26,565 nucleotides of DNA from Candidatus Zixiibacteriota bacterium. Its GTDB lineage: Bacteria > Zixibacteria > MSB-5A5 > GN15 > FEB-12. Of the stretch, positions 1 to 10,200 are shown in pieces. The DNA lies in contig JAOZPL010000001.1 of assembly GCA_029932795.1 (NCBI GenBank), positions 1-26,565 of the forward strand, read 5' to 3'. A program made the translations under genes and the position numbers. Position 1 is the stretch's first letter. Each line of letters begins with the position of its first letter. The notes beneath the pieces were generated by a model, which was not told where the DNA came from, ran no database searches, and saw nothing but the letters and a program-made list of their open reading frames with translations.

Positions 1-1032
1 GCCATTTAGAGTAACTTTAGTCCGTTCACCCACGGTCTGGTCAGGGCCTGCGTCGGCCACCGGTGCATCATTCACGCTGTTTATGGTTATAGTTACTGTT
101 GCCGGATCCGACAGCCCCCCACCGGGGTCCGGAACATAATAAGTAAAGCTATCCAGGCCAAAATAATTTTCTGCCGGAGTGTAGGTTATAGAACCATCAA
201 CCGTATTGACAGCAACAAACCCATTGGATGGATTACCGGCTACAGTGACTGTTGCCGGATCAATCAGGCCTTCCACGTGGAGGTCGTTCTTCAGTACATC
301 AATTATAACGGGAGTATCCTCGTCGGTCTCAACCGTGTCGTCAACAAGCTGCGGGGAAGGGCCTACAAGGGTGACATCGTCGATTTGAACGGAACTACTT
401 GTGTCTCCGAAACCGAGCAGGTCAAAATACAGGGTGACAGGCTGCGCTTCAGCGACAGAGCTGAGATCCAACGTTACGGTGACAGGCAGCGTAGGCGACC
501 AGGATTCACCGCTGGCGCTTTCCCACGACCCAGTGACGTGGTCAGCATAATAAAGCACGCCTGTTTCCTGAAGGTTGAAAAAGGCATCGGTGCCTGCTGG
601 CATAGATGTGATAGTGTAACCGATCGGGTTCCCTGTTGCTGCATTTAGCAAAGCGACTTCAAAGGCGTCTGGAGTCTCGCCCGCCAAGTTTGGCCCAAGT
701 TTCAGGTCCGTCAGGGTAAACTTAAGAGCAATGGTCTCCGCCGGCAGCTCAAAGGACTGCCAGAGACTGGTTAGATATTCGTCACCTTCCCCTAATACTG
801 CTTTACCATCACAGATCAAAACATTGCCTGAAGTTGACCATCCAAAATCCGGGCCTGACTCGCTGACCGAGAAATCGCCGTTTACAATGCCAGCCCTTCC
901 GAAAGCGGGGTATGGCAAAAGCGCAATCACCAGGATCAGGAGAATAGATGCACAGGGGTTGAGATGTTCAACGGGTTTAAGCCGGCCAAATTTCCCGCTC
1001 CCGGATGATAAGTGAAAAAGATTCATTTGCAT
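1..1032 (-). CDS. Secreted Ig-like/PKD domain protein (signal peptide, unassigned ~170-aa N-terminal domain, Big_9-type domain, PKD-like domain); 3'-partial, at least 344 aa
   Basis: Translated by hand: MQMNLFHLSSGSGKFGRLKPVEHLNPCASILLILVIALLPYPAFGRA-GIVNGDFSVSESGPDFGWSTSGNV...TLYFDLLGFGDTSSSVQIDDVTL-VGPSPQLVDDTVETDEDTPVIIDVLKND...ITYTPAENYFGLDSFTY...ATVTITINSVNDAPVADAGPDQTVGERTKVTLNG. There is no stop in 344 codons. The ORF track misses it because the stop lies outside the window. An alternative ATG is at 1026. Confidence 0.93.
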   Translation of the reverse strand, partial: MQMNLFHLSSGSGKFGRLKPVEHLNPCASILLILVIALLPYPAFGRAGIVNGDFSVSESGPDFGWSTSGNVLICDGKAVLGEGDEYLTSLWQSFELPAETIALKFTLTDLKLGPNLAGETPDAFEVALLNAATGNPIGYTITSMPAGTDAFFNLQETGVLYYADHVTGSWESASGESWSPTLPVTVTLDLSSVAEAQPVTLYFDLLGFGDTSSSVQIDDVTLVGPSPQLVDDTVETDEDTPVIIDVLKNDLHVEGLIDPATVTVAGNPSNGFVAVNTVDGSITYTPAENYFGLDSFTYYVPDPGGGLSDPATVTITINSVNDAPVADAGPDQTVGERTKVTLNG

Positions 1033-1044
1033 TTTGGGATAAAA

Positions 1045-1050
1045 TCCTTA
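1045..1050 (-). promoter_or_regulatory. Putative Shine-Dalgarno site (TAAGGA) for the downstream CDS
   Basis: The minus strand reads TAAGGA-ttttatcccaaa-ATG, a 12-nt spacer to the ATG at 1032. The spacer is somewhat long. Confidence 0.45.
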
Positions 1051-1085
1051 ACTTCTGCCCTGTTGGCTTTCTTTGCACGTTGCTC

Positions 1086-1139
1086 ATGCGCAGAGCGCTC
1101 GCCCAAAGGAGCGCATTCCCAGGCAGAGCGCAGGAGCGA
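1086..1139. repeat. Degenerate REP-like element with duplicated GCAGAGCGC
   Basis: GCAGAGCGC occurs at 1090-1098 and 1123-1131. CATTCCCAGGCAGAGCGCAGGAGCGA (1114-1139) differs at 4 of 26 positions from the intergenic palindrome CATTCCCACGCAGAGCGTGGGAACGA. I recall that palindrome from proteobacterial genomes but have not verified it. Confidence 0.35.
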
Positions 1140-1188
1140 AGCAGCAGTTCCACGCTCACATAGGAAGCTGTCCGAGAATACGTTTTCA

Positions 1189-1217
1189 TGTCATTTCTTT
1201 CGGAGCGAGAAATGACA
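1189..1217. repeat. Intergenic inverted repeat / REP-like hairpin
   Basis: Perfect 10-bp arms TGTCATTTCT (1189-1198) and AGAAATGACA (1208-1217) around a 9-nt loop. No U-tract follows on either strand. Confidence 0.6.
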
Positions 1218-1255
1218 ACTTGGGTTAGTTCTCAAGCAGCCTCCTATGTCGTGCC

Positions 1256-4200
1256 CTAACCTGCTGCGTCAAGGGTCAAAGTATATCCTGTGCTGAAGTT
1301 GACAAAGCCGGCTCCCCCGATCTTGATAAAGTAGGTTCCCGCTACCAGATTGTTAAGGCTCAGCGACGCCAAGCCTGCGTTTCCGGCAGCGGCGCGCAGT
1401 TCCCTGCCATGCTCGTCCATGAGTGTGAGCATCAGATCGGGCTCACTACTTTGATAGGTAAGTTGGACCATGTCCTGGGTACCACCGGATACCGGCAGAT
1501 CGAAACAGAACCAGTCCACGTCACTGCTGTTATGAATGGTCAGGCCTGAAAGTTCTGCATGTCCGGCGGTCAGGGTTACATCAGAAGCCGTGTCTCTGCT
1601 GTCGTTTTCTTCCAGGGAATCCGGCTGAGGGAGAACAACCATTCCTGATCTCGCAGTGTTATCCCCTTCAACCGGCTCGGTAGTTTCAGCAGGGGGTTTG
1701 ACCATAACCCCAAGGTAATAGCTTCCCGGCCCAATCGCTGCCAGGTCAAGCGCTTCTGTATGCGTTACATCAGCTCCAGCGTCAAGTGCGCTCATGTTCA
1801 CTGATTTCAACAAGGTGTCTGAAACAGGGTCAATCGTTGAACCAGTTGATATATAATACTCGACGGTAAATGCCTCGCTTGCTTTATCGCCAAAATTGGC
1901 GATCTTTGTTGTCACATCTATATTGCCATCGGCAACCTGGCTTTCGTCAATCTGCATCGATTCCACACCCAGGTTCGGTCCCGCTGCATCCGGTGCTGTG
2001 ATGCTCAACGTATAATCATAATGACCGCCAAGACTGCCGACGACCAGGTAATATTGCCCACCGCTCACCCCGTCGAGACTGATCTGATAGTCCCCGTCGG
2101 CTACCTTTTCCCCGTTAGCAACTGAGTTCATGTACCTGTCATAGAGACCAAGCATCAAATCGCCTTTCGAATCATCGAATGTAACTTCAATCTGATCCCC
2201 TGTGGTACCATCTCCGCTCATGCGGAATACCATCATGTCTTGATCGTATACACTGTGGAGATTGCGATCCACCGAATAGGTTCCCCTGACGACTCCAAGA
2301 TCAATAAACCAGTTGTTTGCCAGCTCTTGTGTCTCAAGACTATCCGGGGTACCCGCCACAAGTGCCTGTATCTCGCCCACATTGTCTGTCTCATTCAGCT
2401 CATCAACCTCGCTTGCGGGATCAACAACTGCACGAACTATAACCTCGGTATCCGGAGTAAAATCAGGCACGGATATTGGAACATCAATGATCAGTTTTTC
2501 TCCCGGGGCAAGAACACCAACGGTCACAGCACCAAGATTATAATCTGTACCGGCTGAGACAGCATGGAGTTCAAGCCCAAATGACCGCGCATAATCTGCA
2601 CCATAGTTGCTGACTGTGACATACGCATGAGAATTGTCAGTACCGGGAAGGAGGTCACACTCAGGTGCCAACCGAATATCTTCCACTGCAAGATTGGCTT
2701 TCTCCCGTTTTGCGCTCGTGAGCACAAGGCTGTATTCAAAACAGGCTTCATCTTGTGGAATAACCTGTAGGTAATATTGTCCGGGGCCAACGCCTTCTAA
2801 TTCAAGCGTCGCCAGCCCCGCTGTTGGATCTACATCTGCCTCTTGCACAATCCAACCTTCGTTATCCAACAGGTAAAGGTTAATGCTGCCGGCTTCATCT
2901 GCTCGTTTTAGCTGAACCGCATCTTCAGCAGTTCCGGTCTCACCGAGCTGGAAGGCAAAGACATCTGCATCCCGCATAGAGGCCAGGTTCAGGGCAGGGA
3001 GCTCGATATCATCCACCATGCCGCCCAGGTCAAAGGCTTCATAGATGTTCTGATTTGACTCGCACCTATCTGGAGGCAGTACAATTTCAATCGGGTAGAG
3101 TGCCTCGTTGTCAGATCGTATCGCTTCGCTCACGTTCTCCCGGCGGTCTGCAATAAACCCGAAATAGACAGGGCCGACAACTGTTTCCGGCAGAGCAATG
3201 CTGAAGGTCTCACTCCATGTTTCTCCAGACTCAAGCGCCGGAACCATGAAGGCAAACAATGTCCCATCTCCAGGATCAAGCTTGTCATCCCGACTCCAGA
3301 CCAGGGCAGATTCTGCTTCAGGAGAAGCAGTATTTCCTGCATTGGTCACTGTCAGCGTGAGATCCACTACCTGGCCGGGTAGTATGGCAGCAAGACCGCT
3401 GTCACTGTCAATGGAGGCAACCAGGGCTGCCTTTGAAGACTGCGGTGCTGTGAGCGAAACCGTGTAGCCAACACCGAGCTCTTCGTTGCCTTCAACCACC
3501 AGAACGTATTCACCTGCCGGCAAGCCGCCGAGGTCTATTTCACCAGTGGATTGATCCGCAAACACCAGCTCACGCAGGGTACTGCCGGAGACATCAATCA
3601 ACCGGGCCTCTACATCTGGATTAGTAACATCAAACAGGACTTCAATCTTGTCGGACTCACCTGCTGATTCAATCGTTCGGAACCGGTAGTAATCCCGGTC
3701 ATTGATGTCGGTCAATGTCATAGATTCAACGGTAGAGGTGCCGGCGACAACTCCCAGATCTGTTGCGGTTACAAGAGAGTTGTTGTCGGTTCCGTCATCA
3801 TACTGATCAGGTATGGCCATGGTCCCTCGGTTTGGTGGAATTTTCGGAGGCCATACATCATAAGGCCCGGTGAAGACATTATCCGTTTTGAAAACAACCT
3901 GCTCCCAAACATCCTGCTTGAAGAATTCCCAGAGTTCATAGCTTTGCAGCTTAAGAGAAATGTTCATTGGGAACTGAATCTGAGGATTTAAGGGTGATGT
4001 CATGTAAGGCCACGTAACGGCGATACCCAGCGCCGCTTCAGCCGTGCCGATGACTCCCGCTACTCCAAATGCCAGATTGGCTTTCCCGACAACCCCGACT
4101 GTGCCCTCGATTGTCAACTTAAATTCCTTGAACATAGTCTGGAGAGCATTATTGTTGACCTTCATGCCCGTTGTCGTCTCCGTCTTCAACTGGTAACCAA

Positions 4201-7200
4201 GCTCAACGCCTGCGGCAAATTGAACAACTGCTCCAAAAGGTGGCAGATTATAGAAATAGTTCCATTTCTGAGGGTATGTAGTAGTAAGGCCGACGGACAT
4301 CTCTCCCTGGCGCAGATTCAGGTCTTTATCTATAATGAATGGTTGCGAGGTAATGGAAAAGGTATATGAGGGCTCATCATCTGGTTCCCATCCTGTGGTT
4401 CCCGGCTTACTCCAGCTATAATCCTTATTCTCGTCGCTTTGAAGGAATTTCCAGATCCCACTCAACCCCGGATTGCTTCCTGCAAACTCCCGGACCTCAC
4501 TGTAAAAATTCGCAATCGAGGACACATTAATCTCATATTTTGTCACCCCCATCGCATTCAGAAGTGCCTGGGCTGGGATATTCAATTGAAAAACATTAAA
4601 GCCGAAGAGTTCGAGGCGGAGCGTCGGTCCGGCGTCCTGGTAGATCACCTCATTTTCCAGATTAAAGGCAAAATGGAGATGCATACCCAGCTTGATGCCG
4701 TTATCCTTGCCAGCTAAAAACAGAACGCTTGCCGGTATCTTTTCATGCCATTTCCGCATAATGTTAATCGCTTCCACCCAGTAAGCGTTCATCTTGTCGT
4801 TCCAGGTAATCCTTCGTTCCTCATCAGGATTACCCTGATGTTTTTCAGGATTTATCCAGTCCGGCATCTTGAACGTGTGGATGATGTAAGTCGCCTGGGC
4901 AACTACCTCGCTGTGGTTTGAAACTTTGTATGTGAGTTCCGTCCCGTCTGGAATCGTTCCCATGTCAAGCGTGAAACGATACAGGTTATTTTGGGCGGCT
5001 ACTTTCTCCGCCTTGATCTCCGCGTTTCCCAGCCATGCTTTGACTTCCGTGGTGTTTGTGACAATCTCATCCCTGAGTCGCAATTCAAATACATTATCAA
5101 GTTTCACCCCCCGGATATATCTTCCAAATTCAAAATCAAGCGGATCTGCATCATATTTGGCCGTCAAGAGGGCGGTCCTGATCTGGAAGAAGGTCGTGTT
5201 ATTGCTTTCGGTGTATTCTTCGAACTGGTTGTCTGGATCCAGTTTGACGATGTACCAGGTTTGCTCCCTCGCAGGGAGTCCTTCCATGAATGGCAGGTCC
5301 ACCGTGTGTTTGCCCGGGCCAAGCTTATCACCGCGTAGTGTCCATGTATGTAAGGATTCTTTGAAGAGAGCGGCATCGAGGTCGGGTCCGTCTGCCTTCC
5401 AGAGTTCAAGGTTAAGGGGCTGATCCGGAAATTTACCTGTAACCATGTAGGTAAGATGAATCATCGGGTAAGAAAACATTTTGTTACCCTTTTCCAGGTA
5501 AGTGACCGACCGGGCGATAAAATCTGTTGGCGCATCAGGGCTGGCGGCGATCCCTGAAGGGTGAGTGCCCGCTTCGATAATACCCTTTTCAAGGCTTATT
5601 CCGTTCTCATTAGCAAAGCGGTCAACGGACCTATCAATCTTCTGGCCTTTGGATACGTAATATGTTTGCATCGCTTCGGCGGCCTTCACAAGGTCATCGA
5701 TGTTGTAGTAGACAACCTGGTTCAGCCCTTTAAAAGAAGCCATGATATACATGTTGAGAGGATCGACAGTAATCTCGTCAGGCCAACTTCGCGGAAATTC
5801 CCTGGTTGCACCAATCAGCTTGGCTTTTCGGGGTTCCAGAGGATCGCGGATAATCCCAATGTTTCCGCCGTGATCAAGATACGGATCACGAGAGAAGTCG
5901 GTATCACCATTGAAGGTACAGTTACCGACCACAAAAGCGTACTTGTAATCCTTTGTAAATGCAATCGACTCAATATTGTTGATGTCAAAGTAATTCTTGG
6001 CATTCCAGGTTTCCCTGATCTTCAGTTCCAACCCCGTCATCCATATCGGGTAGAAGGTGTTAACCAACTGGTGCGTCATGGATGTTTCCAGTGTTTCAAC
6101 CCCGCGGTTCACAAGCTTGCGGATCTCCTTGGCGCGCTCAAAATCCATGGCAACATGATGGGATTCTCTGCCAGAGCAAAGATCCACCACCAGCATGCCC
6201 TTGCCGTCATGCCCACGGACAGCAACAGCGACCTGGTCAGGATCATTGCCAGCCGTAACTCCATAAGGCTTAAAACCCGCATCAATTCTGTCGAATTTCA
6301 TTGAAGCAGGTCCAAGAATCCTGCCGTAATAGAGATAGCCAGGCTTGTCAGAAGAGAAACCAAAGTCGCCGCCGTACCAGTGTGATTTCGCACCGGGACT
6401 GGCCACTGCAAGCCACCTCAGCTTCGTTGTTTCATCTGCTTTTGTGATGGCAATCCCGGTAAGACCGGTAATAGTGTTCTCATAAGGCTTCCCCGTCACA
6501 TCGACGCTTCCCAAATAGGAGAAGTTATCATCTTTGGTTTCAACCATGTAAACCCATGGTCCGGCTCGATCGGTTATGTAGCAGATACCGGTATCCTGAT
6601 CGACCGCCATAAACCACGGTTGCGCTTGGGCATTGCCGAGCTTGATCCGGTTCATGCCCTGAGTGGACGGCCGAGCTGGGTCATCGGGAATCGTATCGAT
6701 TTCACGGAGTCCCAGGGCATCGATGACTGAAATCGTTCCCTCGCCGCTGTTCGAGACAAAAACCCTCAATCCGTCAGGGCTTACAACAAGGTCAGAGGGC
6801 CCTTTGCCCACGGGGATAGTCTTAATAACCTGTGGTCTGTCCTTGGCAGCCGGATCGATGACCGAGACAGTGTTTGAATGGATATTAGCCACCCAAATAA
6901 AGCTGGGTACTTCGATGTCCGGACTCACGGCATAACTCGAGATCCACTTGTTTATCGTGCGGGGGTCCTTGCCGGGAGAAAATTCATACCGTTGTACAAG
7001 AAGTTCAACCTTTACCCAGATCTTCCCTAAGGGCAGGCTCTCGGGGACAGAAACCTGTATAGTGTTGTCCTTTAATTGCACATCATCCACGATGTAGCGG
7101 TCGCCTGGACGGAGGAAGCAATCCTGCAGGCAGACCAGGTCCCTCCTGGGATAGAGATTCACATGAAGGAGGCTGGGGTCGTCTCCGAAGTGCATCCCCT

Positions 7201-10200
7201 GGATCGTGATAGTAGGCGATTCGCCTACCTGAAGAGACGCCCGCTCAATGACCGGTGAGTAATCCTGGGGCTCGGGATCATCTACATCCACGTTAACCTC
7301 GAATATATCTCCTTTATTGAGGGAAGGAACCGGCAGGGCTGCCATTGTGGCTGTCCCATCCTCTGCCAGGCGCCAGACGCGGATCTTGGTGGTTGTCAGT
7401 GGAACGGGGAAGATATTATCAAATACAGCATTGGGATAGACAAGATATGACTGACCACCTGCCATAACTTCAACTATCATGTCGGGATAGATGGAGACCA
7501 CCTTCATGTTTGCGTGGTCTTTGTCCATGCAGAAAAGATATGTCCCCTCTGACTGTCCACCCCCGTATGGAGGCGATCCTGTATGGGCCAAACCGGACGC
7601 ATCAACCTCAGCCCTGTCTACCAGTTCCCATCTATCTACCGACTGCCCCGGCCCTGTTATAAGTTTTCCTGCACGGAATACGAATAAGACATCGCCCTGA
7701 GTTGCACCATCGGGTGCGGGAACCGCCATCCCTAATGGATTTGAGAGGTCTGCATTCTGAAGATCCAACTCGAATGCCTGAACAAACTGAAAGCCGCCCG
7801 GACTATTATATGGGAGCGATGATTGATCGATCGTCTCGATAGTTACCTGTTGCCCGGTCAAGGTTTCCGGCGGGATATAGACGTGGATTTCGTCACCGTT
7901 TTTGATAATCCCGCCTTGATCGCCTACTGTGTCTCCGCTTAACGCCGCCGCCTCAATGCTGATGGAAAGTTCCTGGCGGATTGCGCCGTTAATTACTATG
8001 ATGGTTGTCGCCTGGCCGGCTTCGCCGACAGCGGTGATCAAACCATCAGCCGTAACAGTCGCTATTGCATCATCACTGCTGGTGTAAGTTGTACCGGCCG
8101 AGGCGGTGGCCATATCGATCCTGTTACCCGCCTCATCAACCACCCCGAAAATCACCTGGCGGGTGCTGCCCGGCTCCATCACATATCTATCGGGATAGAT
8201 ATCGTAATCAGCAGGCTGCTCCAGGTCTCCAACCCGAACAGCAGCAGCCGTATGGAAGGAGGTTCCCTCTTTGCTGACAACAATGGCAGTTGAGCCTTCA
8301 GCCCGTGCCCAGACATTTCCTGTTGCATCGACTACCGCTACGGTATCGTTTTGTGAGTGCCACAGCGCATATCCTACCGGAAGCGGCATGACACCACCGT
8401 CTGAGAAGGCCCCGTAAAGAATGAGGCGTGAGGACTCGCCTGCATCCAGGTTAAGCACCGCCTCGCTTTCGCGCAATTTCAGCCCGACCAAGAACGCATC
8501 CGAGATCGTGACAGTAAATTTAGCAAAATCCGACCGACTGGTTCCGTCATCGGCAAGAAATTCAAACCCGGCGTCTCCGGTGTAACCTGCTTGCGGGGTA
8601 AAACTAACGGTGTGGCCGTCACCAGCAAGATGCACCGTACCGCCGCTGACGTTCGAAATGACAAAATAGAGAAAAGAGCCGTCAGGATCAGTTGCAAGCT
8701 CAGCCAGATCGATGCTTATCGGGATCTCCGGATACGTGGTTGCCGAACCGGGCGATAGCTGCGGAGGACGGTTGGCAGTGAAGCAAAAGTTTGTTTCAAG
8801 GTAATAGCGGTCAGTATCATTGATCGTACCGTCACGGTTGACATCGGCACCGGTCTCATAAGATGCATCCCCTGAACTTGAACCGAAGGCTGTCTCAAAA
8901 AGGGTGGTGTCTGTCCCATCTACGAGGCCGTCTCCATTTACATCCCCGGCAATGAAGAGTTCCAGTTCATATTCGCCGCTCGTGGTCTCGTCCACGCCTG
9001 AAACTTCGATAATATGCAAGCCGGCAGCAGCCAGCGTAAACATGGCAAAGCTGCGATCAGTTTCGAGGGCCTGCTGCTGCGCTGCCGCCCCATCAATAAC
9101 CGGCAGAGCAGGACTGAAACCACCGGAACCGGTCACGAGGACTCCCAGGGTAACAAATCCCGAGCTTGCCGCATTCAGTTCATCATCTGTCAGCAGGAAG
9201 GCAAACCGTCTGCTCTGGCCAGCGGTAATTTCTCCATTTTGAGCCCCAGCTATGGCATCGCGGGTCGAACCGATGACGAGATCAATCGAATCGGTTCCGA
9301 CAAGTTCCCCTGTTCCGGAATAGTTGATCCTCAAACTGGATGGACCATCCGGATCAACCACTGCCGTGAGAAGGTGCATACCGCTGTTGTCGTAACCGTA
9401 CCATGTGCGATGTCCGTTGCCGAGATCGTTGACCGAGATCAGGGCACCGCCGGAATCATAACTATATCGAATCTGCCCACCATCGGGGGCGGTAATAACC
9501 GTTATGCGCCCTGCCTCGTCGCGCTGGAAGGTGAGATGGCCGTCAGAGGCAAAGATCCCGGCATTAGTGACGATGAGATTAGCCTGCGCCGTCCTGATTC
9601 CGCGGAGCATGCCGTCGGCACCGTAGGTATAAGCGGTGCCATCGGGTGATGTAAGCATGAAGGCATCTTCACCAAAATGCATGGCATTTGCGGGATTATA
9701 AGGCAGGCCTGTTCCACGCTCGTAAAAGATACCCCGGGCGAGTTCAAGCGCCGCCCCACTTGTCTCAAGCTGCCAGTCAATACCTTCATCCGGGGTCCAG
9801 GCGGGAGAATAATAGGTTACACCAGTCTGCTCATAAATGTGCGGTGTAAAGGTGAAACCGGCACTGCTCCCATCCGGCAGCATGACATATAGTCGCGTAT
9901 TCTGGCGATAACCGGAGAAAAGGCCGCGCTCCTCTGCACCCGTTGGCCGCAGGTTGGTCGTGGGCGAAAGTTCCATTCCAAGGAATGACCAGCCGTAACC
10001 GAATATGCCAGCGCCTTCCCCTGCAAGCGAACTGTAGGTCCTGGTCAGATCAAGGGAAATGCTGCCAAGCGTGACCGAGAGGTCCGTCCGGCTGTTGGTG
10101 AATTCACCGGTTTTGGCAGCCGAATTCATCTCGATGATTCGGCTTACGATAGAGGTGCGCCCCCCGATATCCCTGGCTGTCAGCCTCAGCTCATAGGCAC

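Noticed and set aside
277-1215. Short track ORFs 206-388, 277-648, 731-1015, 1012-1215 (+) and 977-1189 (-)
   Set aside because: They overlap or are antisense to the better-supported 1-1032 minus-strand CDS or the palindromic spacer, and have no protein-like features.
1189-1217. Hairpin as a Rho-independent terminator
   Set aside because: The stem is AT-rich and is followed by TGAAAACG on the coding strand, with no U-tract. It is kept only as a REP-like repeat.
1191-1245. Perfect AGGAGG (1240-1245, minus) 4 nt before a TTG opening a 14-codon ORF across the hairpin
   Set aside because: The spacer is too short, the start codon is weak and the peptide is featureless. A chance hexamer in 223 bp is plausible.
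1256-2000. RTX/T1SS-type C-terminus
   Set aside because: There are no GGxGxDxL nonapeptide repeats. The protein ends directly in a PPC strand.
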